This document shows positions 47,220 to 57,202 of a stretch of 58,981 nucleotides of DNA, piece after piece (the stretch's first letter is position 1; the number at the start of each line of letters is the position of its first letter). Origin of the DNA: an uncultured Clostridia bacterium (lineage in GTDB: Bacteria; Bacillota; Clostridia; UBA1212; SIG427); assembly GCA_945965275.1 (NCBI GenBank), contig CAMFNB010000002.1:1-58981 (forward strand). The letters are read 5' to 3'. The position numbers and the translations under genes are program-made. A model generated the notes under the pieces. It saw only the letters and a program-made list of their open reading frames with translations, did not search any database and was not told where the DNA came from.

Positions 47220-48644
47220 ATGGGTGGTTTCTTCGGAATAACTTCAAAAGAAAACTGTATCAGTGATGTGTTCTTTGGAACTGACTATCACTCACATTTG
47301 GGCACACATCGTGCAGGTATGGCTGCATACGATGACGAAATCGGCCTTCAGAGAGAGATTCACAATATCGAAAATTCTCAGTTCAAAACAAAGTTCGAAA
47401 GAATTACGGAAAAAATGACAGGAAGAGCCGCCATGGGATGTATCAGCGACGGTAACCCACAACCTCTCCTCATCAGATCAAAGCTGGGAACCTACGCAAT
47501 CTGCGTAATCGGCATTATAAATAACGCAAAAGACATCATCGAGAATTTCTTATCAAATTCATGTGATCACTTTGACGCAATGACAGGCGGCAGAATCAAT
47601 GATACAGAACTTGTGGCAGCTCTCATCAACCAGAAACCCACATTTGAAGAAGGCATTGCTTTCGCCCAGGACATAATCGAAGGTACAGCCTCTATCCTTA
47701 TCTTAAAGGACGGCGGTAATTTCATTGCTGCAAGAGACAAGATGGGTCGTCTCCCCATTCTCATCGGTAAAAATGAAAATTCAATGTGCGTGACATTCGA
47801 GTCGTTTGCATATGAAAAGCTCGGATACGAAGCAGAAGCAGAGCTCGGACCCGGCGAAATCCTTGAAGTTTCTCCTGATGGAATCAAGCAGCTCAAGGCT
47901 CCGGGAAAAGAAATGCGTATCTGCTCTTTCCTTTGGACATACTACGGCTACCCCACTTCAACTTACGAAGGCGTAAACGTTGAAGTTATGAGATACAAAA
48001 ACGGTGCCATTATGGCAGAGAACGACAAAGCTCTCGGCAAAGACAAAAACATCGAATTCGTATGCGGCGTTCCGGACTCAGGCACTCCTCATGCCATCGG
48101 TTACTCAAACCGGAGCCACATCCCGTTTGCAAGACCTTACATTAAATATACTCCAACATGGTCAAGAAGCTTTATGCCGATTAACCAGGGTGACAGAAAC
48201 AAAATCGCAAGAATGAAACAGATTCCCGTTTATGATCTCATCAAAGACAAGAATCTTCTCTTTGTGGACGACTCAATCGTAAGAGGCACACAGCTTCGCG
48301 AAACCGTAGAGTTCCTCTATGCAAGCGGCGCAAAGTCAGTTCACATGCGTTCTGCCTGCCCTCCCATCATGTACGGATGCAAATACTTAAACTTCTCAAG
48401 AGCAACAAGCGACATGGAACTTATCGCAAGACGTGTTGTTGATGAACTTGAAGGAGCCGAAGGCTTCAACCATCTTGAAGAATACAGCGATGCAAATACC
48501 CAGCGCGGCAAAAAGCTTCGTCAGGTAATCTGCGATAAATTCAATTTTGATTCCCTTGAGTTCCAGTCCCTTGAAGGACTTATCGAATCCATCGGAATTG
48601 AACCGTGCAAGCTTTGCACATATTGTTGGAACGGAAAGGAATAA
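47220..48644 (+). CDS. purF: Amidophosphoribosyltransferase homologue lacking the N-terminal nucleophile Cys
   Basis: 474 aa. The PRTase domain is intact ([25 protein letters not shown]), and Fe-S-type cysteines are present (ICSF, YGCKY, CKLCTYC). The N-terminus is MGGFFGI where PurF has (M)CG[IV]xGI. The SD is GGAGGG, and an in-frame TAA lies 7 codons upstream. Confidence 0.85.
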   Translation: MGGFFGITSKENCISDVFFGTDYHSHLGTHRAGMAAYDDEIGLQREIHNIENSQFKTKFERITEKMTGRAAMGCISDGNPQPLLIRSKLGTYAICVIGIINNAKDIIENFLSNSCDHFDAMTGGRINDTELVAALINQKPTFEEGIAFAQDIIEGTASILILKDGGNFIAARDKMGRLPILIGKNENSMCVTFESFAYEKLGYEAEAELGPGEILEVSPDGIKQLKAPGKEMRICSFLWTYYGYPTSTYEGVNVEVMRYKNGAIMAENDKALGKDKNIEFVCGVPDSGTPHAIGYSNRSHIPFARPYIKYTPTWSRSFMPINQGDRNKIARMKQIPVYDLIKDKNLLFVDDSIVRGTQLRETVEFLYASGAKSVHMRSACPPIMYGCKYLNFSRATSDMELIARRVVDELEGAEGFNHLEEYSDANTQRGKKLRQVICDKFNFDSLEFQSLEGLIESIGIEPCKLCTYCWNGKE

Positions 48645-48649
48645 ACACT

Positions 48650-49693
48650 ATGAACGAAAAATCAAAGTCAGACAGTTATGCGGCAGCCGGTGTTGACATC
48701 ACCGCAGGCTACAAAGCAGTAGAGCTTATGAAAAAGCATATTGCAAGAACAATGATTAACGGAAGCGCTTCTGATATCGGCGGTTTCGGAGGCTTATTCC
48801 CTCTCGACATCACCGGAATGAAAAATCCTGTTCTTGTTTCCGGAACAGACGGTGTGGGAACAAAATTAAAGCTTGCTTTCTTAATGGACAAGCATGACAC
48901 CGTAGGCATTGACTGCGTTGCAATGTGCGTAAATGACGTAATTTGCTGCGGAGCAAAACCTCTCTTCTTCTTAGACTATATCGCATGCGGTAAAAACGTT
49001 CCCGAAAAAATCGCAGACATCGTTTCAGGTGTATGTGAAGGCTGCGTACAGGCAGGCAGCGAGCTCATCGGCGGTGAGACAGCTGAAATGCCCGGCTTTT
49101 ACCCAATTGATGAATACGACCTTGCCGGTTTCTCAGTAGGTATCGTTGACAGAGACAAAATCGTTGATAAGACATCAATGAAAGAAGGAGACGTAATGAT
49201 TGCCCTTCCTTCATCAGGCGTTCACTCAAACGGTTTCTCACTGGTAAGAAAAGTATTCGATGTTGAAAACACAGATCTTCACAAAGAATATGAAGAACTC
49301 GGCGGAAAATCTTTGGGAGAAACCCTTTTGACTCCCACAAAGATTTACGTAAAGCCCATGCTTGCCCTGTTCGATGCTCTTAAAGTTAAGGCTGTATCAC
49401 ATATCACAGGCGGCGGTTTCTACGAGAACATGCCCCGTTCAATTCCTGACGGATACGGCGTTAAAATCAAGAAAGAAGATGTTCGCGTACTTCCGATTTT
49501 CAAGCTTATTCAGAAGGTTGGAGGAATCAGTGAGCATGATATGTTCAACACATTTAACATGGGCGTCGGCATGAGCGTTGTCGTTGCAAAAGAAGACGCT
49601 GACAAGGCTCTTGAGATTTTAAAGGCAAACGGCGAAGATGCATACATCATCGGCGAAGTAATCAAATCAGAGGAAAAGGTAGTTTTATGCTGA
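48650..49693 (+). CDS. purM: Phosphoribosylformylglycinamidine cyclo-ligase (AIR synthetase)
   Basis: It has SYAAAGVDI, GGFGGLF and GTDGVGTK. The start is the Met at 48650, just after the purF stop. Confidence 0.93.
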   Translation: MNEKSKSDSYAAAGVDITAGYKAVELMKKHIARTMINGSASDIGGFGGLFPLDITGMKNPVLVSGTDGVGTKLKLAFLMDKHDTVGIDCVAMCVNDVICCGAKPLFFLDYIACGKNVPEKIADIVSGVCEGCVQAGSELIGGETAEMPGFYPIDEYDLAGFSVGIVDRDKIVDKTSMKEGDVMIALPSSGVHSNGFSLVRKVFDVENTDLHKEYEELGGKSLGETLLTPTKIYVKPMLALFDALKVKAVSHITGGGFYENMPRSIPDGYGVKIKKEDVRVLPIFKLIQKVGGISEHDMFNTFNMGVGMSVVVAKEDADKALEILKANGEDAYIIGEVIKSEEKVVLC

Positions 49694-50292
49694 CAAAGAT
49701 CGCAGTCTTCGTTTCAGGCGGAGGCACAAACCTTCAGGCACTCATAGACGCACAAAAAGCAGGCCTCATCAAAAGCGGCCGCATTAAATTAGTTATCTCC
49801 TCAAGCCCGAAAGCTTACGCGCTTGAGAGAGCAAAAAAAGCAAAAATCCCTGCCGTGGTTGTTTCCAAAAAACAACTCGGCAGCCAGGAGGCTTTTGAAG
49901 AAGAAATAAAAAGACTTCTCACTGATAACAAAATTGATTTGATTGTCCTTGCGGGCTTCATGTCAATCTTAAGTGAAAATTTTACAAAAGATTATCCGAA
50001 GAGAATAATCAATGTTCACCCTTCCCTTATCCCGTCCTTCTGCGGAAAAGGCTTCTACGGGCTTAAAGTTCACGAAGCAGCTCTCGCATACGGTGTTAAG
50101 GTGACAGGCGCAACGGTTCACTTCGTAAATGAAATACCGGACGGCGGCGAAATCATTATGCAGAAAGCCGTCGCAATCAGAGAAGATGACACTGCGGAAA
50201 CACTTCAGAAGCGTGTCATGAGACTTGCGGAATGGAAAATCCTTCCGGCATCAGTTGAAAAAGTATCTTACGAAATCAAGAAAAACAGATAA
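49687..50292 (+). CDS. purN: Phosphoribosylglycinamide formyltransferase
   Basis: 201 aa. It has VFVSGGGTNLQALID and NVHPSLIPSF. Confidence 0.92.
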   Translation: MLTKIAVFVSGGGTNLQALIDAQKAGLIKSGRIKLVISSSPKAYALERAKKAKIPAVVVSKKQLGSQEAFEEEIKRLLTDNKIDLIVLAGFMSILSENFTKDYPKRIINVHPSLIPSFCGKGFYGLKVHEAALAYGVKVTGATVHFVNEIPDGGEIIMQKAVAIREDDTAETLQKRVMRLAEWKILPASVEKVSYEIKKNR

Positions 50293-50304
50293 CAGGAGAA
50301 CAGT

Positions 50305-51021
50305 ATGGACATTTACAAAGTAAACAACATCGGAGAATTAATTAACGGCAACCCTTATGTAGGCCGCGGAATCATCGCAGGAACAAGCGCAGACGGTAAA
50401 AATGCCGTATCAGCATACTTCATCATGGGAAGAAGCGCCAACTCAAGAAACAGAATTTTTACCGAAAAAAACAGCGAAATCTTCACAGAACCTTTTGACG
50501 CATCAAAGGTTGAAGATCCCAGCCTCATTATCTATGCGGCAGTAAGATCAATCGAAAACAATCTCATCGTAACAAACGGCGATCAGACAGATACAATATA
50601 TGACGGTATTAAAAACGGTCTCACATTCTCAAAAGCACTTGAAGCAAGATGCTTCGAGCCTGACGGACCAAACTGGACTCCCAGAATCAGCGCCATGCTC
50701 ACATTCGGAGACAAATTTACATATCAGATGAGCATTTTAAAGAGCCTTGACCCTGAGGGCAGCGACTGTGCAAGATACACATTCTCATATCCTTCAAAGC
50801 CGGGCTTCGGACATTTCATCCACACATACGTAACAGACGGAAATCCCATTCCCACATTCCAGGGAGAACCTGAGAGAGTTGAAATTCCGAATGACATCGA
50901 TGCTTTCACAAATGACATCTGGAACAACCTCGACGAAAACAACAAAATCTCACTTTACGTAAGATACACAAACCTTGAAAACGGCGAAATCACAAGTCGT
51001 ATGATTAATAAGAATAAATAA
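50305..51021 (+). CDS. purO: IMP cyclohydrolase, PurO (archaeal) type
   Basis: 238 aa. It has the N-terminus YVGRGIIAGTS...FIMGRSANSRNR, typical of the PurO family. It lies immediately upstream of an AICARFT-only purH. Confidence 0.78.
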   Translation: MDIYKVNNIGELINGNPYVGRGIIAGTSADGKNAVSAYFIMGRSANSRNRIFTEKNSEIFTEPFDASKVEDPSLIIYAAVRSIENNLIVTNGDQTDTIYDGIKNGLTFSKALEARCFEPDGPNWTPRISAMLTFGDKFTYQMSILKSLDPEGSDCARYTFSYPSKPGFGHFIHTYVTDGNPIPTFQGEPERVEIPNDIDAFTNDIWNNLDENNKISLYVRYTNLENGEITSRMINKNK

Positions 51022-51035
51022 GGAGAAGCAAAGCA

Positions 51036-52220
51036 ATGAAAGAGTTTGAATTAAAATACGGTTGTAACCCCAACCAGAAGCCATCTAAAATTTTCATGCA
51101 CGACGGAAGCGATCTTCCCATTGAAATCCTTTCAGGAAGACCGGGATACATCAACTTCCTCGATGCATTTAACTCATGGCAGCTTGTAAAAGAGCTTAAG
51201 GAAGCAACAGGTCTTCCGTCAGCAACATCATTTAAGCACGTAAGCCCCACATCAGCAGCTGTCGGCATTAAGCTTTCAGACAAACTCAAGAAGGCTTGCT
51301 TCTGCGATGATATCGAAGGTCTTGATGACTCCCCTCTTGCCTGCGCTTATGCAAGAGCAAGAGGAACAGACAGAATGTGCTCCTTCGGTGACTGGGTTGC
51401 ACTCTCTGATGTCTGTGACGTAACAACAGCAAAGATGATCAAGAGAGAGGTATCTGACGGTGTTATCGCTCCCGGATACGAACCCGAGGCTCTCGAAATC
51501 TTAAAGCAGAAAAGAAAAGGCACATACAATGTCGTTAAAATCGATCCAAACTATGTTCCCGATCCGGTAGAACACAAGCAGGTTTACGGCATCACATTCG
51601 AACAGGGAAGAAACAATTTCAAAATTGACAAAGAGCTTCTTTCTGATATCGTAACAAAGAATAAGGACCTTCCCGAGAATGCGGCAATCGACCTTATCAT
51701 TGCTCTCATCACTCTTAAATACACACAGTCAAACTCAGTTTGCTATGCATATGACGGACAGGCAATCGGCGTAGGCGCCGGACAGCAGTCAAGAATCCAC
51801 TGCACACGTCTTGCAGGTTCTAAGGCAGACACATGGTTCCTTCGTCAGGCAGACAAGGTATTGAATCTTCCTTTCAGAAGCGACCTGGGCAGAGCTGACA
51901 GAGACAACGTAATCGACGGATACATCAACCAGAACGAAACAGACGTATGTGCCGACGGCAACTGGCAGAACTATTTTACAGAGAAGCCTGAGCCTTTCAC
52001 AAAGGAAGAACAGGCAGCTTACCTTGCAACAATCGACGGCGTATCACTTGGTTCGGATGCATTCTTCCCGTTCTTTGATAACATCGAGAGAGCTAAGAAA
52101 AGCGGTGTTAAGTACATCGCAGAGCCCGGTGGTTCAATCAGAGATGACCTTGTAATTGACTGCTGTGACAAATATGATATGGTTATGGCATTCACAAAGA
52201 TGAGATTATTCCACCATTAA
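51036..52220 (+). CDS. purH: AICAR formyltransferase (PurH C-terminal domain only)
   Basis: 394 aa. It has LKYGCNPNQ, FKHVSPTSAAVG and GVGAGQQSRIHC. There is no N-terminal MGS-like IMP cyclohydrolase domain. Confidence 0.88.
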   Translation: MKEFELKYGCNPNQKPSKIFMHDGSDLPIEILSGRPGYINFLDAFNSWQLVKELKEATGLPSATSFKHVSPTSAAVGIKLSDKLKKACFCDDIEGLDDSPLACAYARARGTDRMCSFGDWVALSDVCDVTTAKMIKREVSDGVIAPGYEPEALEILKQKRKGTYNVVKIDPNYVPDPVEHKQVYGITFEQGRNNFKIDKELLSDIVTKNKDLPENAAIDLIIALITLKYTQSNSVCYAYDGQAIGVGAGQQSRIHCTRLAGSKADTWFLRQADKVLNLPFRSDLGRADRDNVIDGYINQNETDVCADGNWQNYFTEKPEPFTKEEQAAYLATIDGVSLGSDAFFPFFDNIERAKKSGVKYIAEPGGSIRDDLVIDCCDKYDMVMAFTKMRLFHH

Positions 52221-52233
52221 TGTTGAGGTAACT

Positions 52234-53502
52234 ATGAAAATACTTGTTGTAGGCGGTGGCGGCAGAGAACATGCCATCATTAAAAAAATAAAGGAAAACA
52301 AAGAAGTAACCGAAATCTTCGCACTTCCCGGCAACGGCGGAATTGCAGCAGACGCGACCTGCGTAAACATCGGTGCAAAAGATATCGAAGGAATCAAAAA
52401 CTTCGCAAAGGAAAATGCGGTTGATTACGCAATCGTTGCTCCTGACGATCCGCTTGTTTTAGGTGCTGTGGATGCTCTTGAAGAGACAGGCATCCCCTGC
52501 TTCGGTCCCCGTGCAAATGCGGCAATCATTGAAGGAAGCAAGGTGTTCTCAAAGAACCTTATGAAGAAGTACGGCATACCCACTGCGGCATTCGAAGTAT
52601 TCGACAACGCAGCAGATGCACTTGAATATTTAAAAGAAGCCCCTATTCCGACAGTTATCAAAGCAGACGGACTTGCTCTCGGAAAAGGTGTTATCATCGC
52701 CATGACACGTGACGAAGCAACTGACGCCGTTAAATCCATTATGGAAGACAAGCAATTCGGTGCCAGCGGTGACAAAATCGTTATCGAAGAATTCCTGGAA
52801 GGACCTGAGGTGTCAGTTCTGTCCTTTACAGACGGTAAAACAGTTGTCCCCATGGTTTCTTCAATGGATCACAAGCGTGCTCATGACGGAGATCAGGGAC
52901 TTAACACAGGCGGTATGGGCACGGTTGCTCCTAACCCCTACTACACTTCAGAGGTTGCGGAAAGATGCATGAAGGAAATCTTCCTTCCCACAATGAATGC
53001 AATGAATGCAGAAGGAAGAACATTCAAAGGCTGCCTCTACTTCGGACTTATGATTACAAAGAACGGTCCTAAGGTTATCGAATACAACTGCAGATTCGGC
53101 GATCCCGAAACACAGGTTGTGCTTCCTCTCTTAGACAGCGACCTTCTTACAATCATGAAAGCAGTTACAGACGAAAAGCTTTCCGAAACTGAAGTTAAAT
53201 TCAAAGACAAGAACGCGTGCTGTGTAATCATGGCATCCGACGGATATCCGGCTCACTATGAGAAGGGATTTGAGATGAACATTCCGGCTGACGTTTTACC
53301 GAACGTATATGTTGCCGGTGCAAAACTCGAAGACGGAAAGCTTCTCACAAACGGCGGACGTGTTCTCGGTGTTACTGCAATCGCAGACACTCTGAAAGAC
53401 GCAATATGTGAGTCTTACAGACTTGTAAAAACAATTTCATTCGAGAATGCATTTTACAGAAATGACATCGGTAAAAGAGCACTCGAAGCGGAGGAAAAAT
53501 AA
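52234..53502 (+). CDS. purD: Phosphoribosylamine--glycine ligase
   Basis: 422 aa. It has MKILVVGGGGREHA, an ATP-grasp fold and CRFGDPETQ. Confidence 0.95.
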   Translation: MKILVVGGGGREHAIIKKIKENKEVTEIFALPGNGGIAADATCVNIGAKDIEGIKNFAKENAVDYAIVAPDDPLVLGAVDALEETGIPCFGPRANAAIIEGSKVFSKNLMKKYGIPTAAFEVFDNAADALEYLKEAPIPTVIKADGLALGKGVIIAMTRDEATDAVKSIMEDKQFGASGDKIVIEEFLEGPEVSVLSFTDGKTVVPMVSSMDHKRAHDGDQGLNTGGMGTVAPNPYYTSEVAERCMKEIFLPTMNAMNAEGRTFKGCLYFGLMITKNGPKVIEYNCRFGDPETQVVLPLLDSDLLTIMKAVTDEKLSETEVKFKDKNACCVIMASDGYPAHYEKGFEMNIPADVLPNVYVAGAKLEDGKLLTNGGRVLGVTAIADTLKDAICESYRLVKTISFENAFYRNDIGKRALEAEEK

Positions 53503-56500
53503 TGGTTTACAGAATTTTTGTTGAGAAAAAAGCAGAGCTTGCAAACGAAGCAAACGGACTTTGCCAGGAATTCAAAAACATTCTCGGCATTAAGGGAATC
53601 GAAAAGGTTCGCCTTTTCAACAGATATGATGCGGAAAGCATCAGCGAAGAGCTTTTTGAAACGGCTTCAAAAACGGTTCTTTCAGAGCCCCAGCTCGACA
53701 TCGTGACAACTTCCCTTCCGGAGACTTCAGGAACGGTATTTGCTGTGGAATATCTCCCGGGACAGTTCGATCAGAGAGCCGACTCAGCCGCACAATGTAT
53801 TCAGATTCTTTCATGCGGTGAAAGACCGGTAATCAAGACCGCAAAGGTATATATCTTAGAAGGAGATTTATCCGAAAGCGAAATTGCCGAAATCAAAAAG
53901 TATGTAATAAACCCTGTTGAAGCAAGAGAAGCTTCAATGGAAAAGCCTGAAACTCTTCAGACTGTTTATGATATTCCCACAGAGGTTGAAACCTTAGAAG
54001 GCTTCCTTGATTTAGACCATGAAGGCCTCGCTGCTTTTGTCAAAAAGTACGGTCTTGCAATGGATGTAGACGATATAACATTCTGTCAGGAATATTTCGC
54101 AACAGAAAAGAGAAATCCCACAATCACCGAAATCAGAATGATTGACACCTACTGGTCAGACCACTGCCGTCACACAACATTCTTAACAACAATCGACAGT
54201 GTTAAGTTCGAAGACGAACTTATACAGAAGGCTTATGACGAATATATCGAAGCAAGAAAGTCCATCGGCAGAACAAAGCCTCAGAACCTCATGGACATCG
54301 GTACACTTGCAGCAAAGGTTCTCAAGAAACAGGGCAAGCTTGACAAGCTTGACGAATCAGAAGAAATAAATGCATGTACCGTAAAAATGGAGGTTGAGGT
54401 TGACGGAGTTAAAGAGCCGTGGCTTCTTCTCTTCAAAAACGAAACACATAACCACCCCACTGAAATCGAGCCTTTCGGCGGTGCCGCAACTTGTATCGGC
54501 GGTGCCATCAGAGATCCTCTTTCAGGAAGATCTTATGTATATGCCGCAATGCGTGTGACAGGTGCCGCAGATCCGACAGTTCCCGTTTCCGAAACAATTC
54601 CGGGCAAGCTTCCTCAGAGAAAGCTCGTTCAGACAGCCGCAGCAGGCTACTCTTCATACGGTAACCAGATCGGTCTTGCAACGGGCATGGTAAATGAACT
54701 TTACCATCCGGGTTATGCCGCAAAGAGAATGGAAATCGGTGCCGTAATCGCAGCCGCTCCTCAGGAAAATGTACGCAGAGAGCGTCCCGGTGACGGTGAC
54801 ATCGTAATCTTACTCGGCGGAAGAACAGGTCGTGACGGTATCGGCGGTGCAACAGGTTCTTCAAAAGCACATGACTCACACTCAGTTGAAAACTGCGGTG
54901 CTGAGGTTCAGAAAGGTAATGCTCCCGAAGAAAGAAAGCTTCAGAGATTATTCAGAAATCCCGCAGCCACAAAGATGATTAAGCGCTGTAATGACTTCGG
55001 TGCCGGAGGCGTTTCAGTTGCAGTCGGTGAGCTTGCAGACGGTCTTGCAATCGACCTTAACGCAGTACCGAAAAAATATGACGGTCTTGACGGAACAGAG
55101 CTTGCCATTTCAGAGTCACAGGAAAGAATGGCAGTTGTTGTTGCCAAAGAAGATGTTGAAGCATTCAAGGAACTTGCTCACAGCGAAAATCTTGAGACAA
55201 GTGTTGTTGCAGTTGTAACAGAAGAGCCGAGACTTCGCATGACATGGAACGGTAAAACAATCGTTGACGTTTCAAGAGAATTCTTAAATTCAAACGGTGC
55301 GGAAAAGCACATTGACGTTGTGGCAGCAAAGCCTGAGTCTTTTGAAAAAGAAGAAACATCTGATTTCGAAGAAGGATATAAGAAGCTCCTCGGAGATCTC
55401 AATATCTGTTCAGGAAGAGGCCTGTCAGAAAGATTCGACTCAACAATCGGTGCCGGAACGGTGCTCATGCCTTTCGGCGGAAAGCATCAACGTACTCCGA
55501 TTCAGAGTATGGTTCAGCTTATTTCAGTTGAAGAAAAACACACAAACACATGCTCATACATGTCATGGGGTTACAACCCGTTCATCTCAGAGAAGAGCCC
55601 ATATCACGGCGCATACCTTGCAGTGGTTGAAAGTGTTGCAAAACTGATTGCAACAGGTGCTTCTTTCGAGGATGTTTATCTTACGTTCCAGGAATATTTC
55701 GAAAAACCAATGCGTGACGGAAAGCGTTGGGGCAAACCTATGTCAGCCCTCCTCGGTGCCTTTAAGGCACAGATGGATTACGGCATTGCAGCCATCGGCG
55801 GCAAGGACTCAATGAGCGGATCATTTGAAAAACTGGATGTTCCTCCTACCCTCGTTTCCTTTGCCGTAACAACAGGCAATACTTCAGAAGTTGTTTCACC
55901 TGAGTTCAAGGCAGCAGGACACAAGCTCATTAAGATTACTCCCGAGACAGATGAAAACGGACTTCCGGTTGTTGAATCCCAGCTTATGTGCTTTGAAAAG
56001 GTAACTGCTCTTATGAGAGCCGGCAAGGTATATGCAGCATACACACCAACCTACGGCGGAATTGCAGAAGCAGTTTACAAGATGGCAATCGGTAACGGTC
56101 TCGGCTTTACTTACGCTGACGGAATTAAAGTACCGGATATATTCTCATATGCATACGGTTCGTTCCTTCTTGAAGTTGATGCTGACACAGAAGGTGATGT
56201 AATCGGTACAATTACAGAATCTCCGGTAATCAAACTCAGAGATACAGAGCTTAAGCTTTCGGAGCTTGATAAGATTTACGAGTCAAAGCTTGAAGAAATT
56301 TATCCGACACTTGAGAAGGACAATGCAAATAAGCTTGAAGCATTCAGCTATAAGGCTTCATCTGTTGCCTCTCCTGCTGTTAAGGTTGCAAAGCCACGGG
56401 TACTCATCCCCGTATTCCCGGGTACAAACTGTGAATTCGATTCAGCAAAGGTTGTACGCGATGCAGGCGCAGAAGCAAAAATCTTCGTTGTAAAGAATCT

Positions 56501-57188
56501 CACATCTGAAGATATTCAGGAAAGTGCAGAAGCTTTTACCGAGGAAATAAAGAAATCACAGATGATCTTCGTGCCCGGCGGTTTCTCCGGCGGTGATGAG
56601 CCTGACGGTTCAGCTAAGTTCATTATGTCATTCTTCAAAAACGAAAATATCAAAAATGAAGTACATGCACTTCTAAATGACAGAGACGGTCTCATGTGCG
56701 GTATTTGTAACGGCTTCCAGGCTCTTATCAAATTAGGTCTTGTTCCTTACGGAAAGATCATTGATACGGATGCCGACTGCCCTACTCTTACATTCAACAC
56801 AATCGCACGTCACCAGTCAAAGCTTGTTCGTACAAGAATTGCATCAACTCTTTCACCATGGCTTGCAGGAGCAAAGGTGGGCGATGTTTACACCGTTCCG
56901 ATTTCACACGGTGAAGGTCGTTTCCTTGCTTCAGATGAGCTTATCAGAAAGCTCGCCGCAAGCGGACAGATTGCAACACAGTATGTTGACCTTGACGGCA
57001 ACCCTACTGATGATATACGCTACAACCCGAATGGTTCGTCATTTGCAATAGAAGGTATTACTTCACCGGACGGTCGTGTCTTCGGTAAAATGGGACACAG
57101 TGAGCGTATCGGCAACGGCTTATATAAAAATGTATACGGCGAGTATGATATGAAGATGTTCTCATCCGCCGTTAAATACTTTAAATAA
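53502..57188 (+). CDS. purL: Phosphoribosylformylglycinamidine synthase, single-chain (PurS-PurL-PurQ fused) form
   Basis: 1228 aa. It has ETHNHPTEIEPFGGAAT and a C-terminal class I glutaminase with GICNGFQAL (the Cys nucleophile is present) and SHGEGRF. Confidence 0.95.
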   Translation: MVYRIFVEKKAELANEANGLCQEFKNILGIKGIEKVRLFNRYDAESISEELFETASKTVLSEPQLDIVTTSLPETSGTVFAVEYLPGQFDQRADSAAQCIQILSCGERPVIKTAKVYILEGDLSESEIAEIKKYVINPVEAREASMEKPETLQTVYDIPTEVETLEGFLDLDHEGLAAFVKKYGLAMDVDDITFCQEYFATEKRNPTITEIRMIDTYWSDHCRHTTFLTTIDSVKFEDELIQKAYDEYIEARKSIGRTKPQNLMDIGTLAAKVLKKQGKLDKLDESEEINACTVKMEVEVDGVKEPWLLLFKNETHNHPTEIEPFGGAATCIGGAIRDPLSGRSYVYAAMRVTGAADPTVPVSETIPGKLPQRKLVQTAAAGYSSYGNQIGLATGMVNELYHPGYAAKRMEIGAVIAAAPQENVRRERPGDGDIVILLGGRTGRDGIGGATGSSKAHDSHSVENCGAEVQKGNAPEERKLQRLFRNPAATKMIKRCNDFGAGGVSVAVGELADGLAIDLNAVPKKYDGLDGTELAISESQERMAVVVAKEDVEAFKELAHSENLETSVVAVVTEEPRLRMTWNGKTIVDVSREFLNSNGAEKHIDVVAAKPESFEKEETSDFEEGYKKLLGDLNICSGRGLSERFDSTIGAGTVLMPFGGKHQRTPIQSMVQLISVEEKHTNTCSYMSWGYNPFISEKSPYHGAYLAVVESVAKLIATGASFEDVYLTFQEYFEKPMRDGKRWGKPMSALLGAFKAQMDYGIAAIGGKDSMSGSFEKLDVPPTLVSFAVTTGNTSEVVSPEFKAAGHKLIKITPETDENGLPVVESQLMCFEKVTALMRAGKVYAAYTPTYGGIAEAVYKMAIGNGLGFTYADGIKVPDIFSYAYGSFLLEVDADTEGDVIGTITESPVIKLRDTELKLSELDKIYESKLEEIYPTLEKDNANKLEAFSYKASSVASPAVKVAKPRVLIPVFPGTNCEFDSAKVVRDAGAEAKIFVVKNLTSEDIQESAEAFTEEIKKSQMIFVPGGFSGGDEPDGSAKFIMSFFKNENIKNEVHALLNDRDGLMCGICNGFQALIKLGLVPYGKIIDTDADCPTLTFNTIARHQSKLVRTRIASTLSPWLAGAKVGDVYTVPISHGEGRFLASDELIRKLAASGQIATQYVDLDGNPTDDIRYNPNGSSFAIEGITSPDGRVFGKMGHSERIGNGLYKNVYGEYDMKMFSSAVKYFK

Positions 57189-57202
57189 AGGAGTAAAAAT
57201 TC

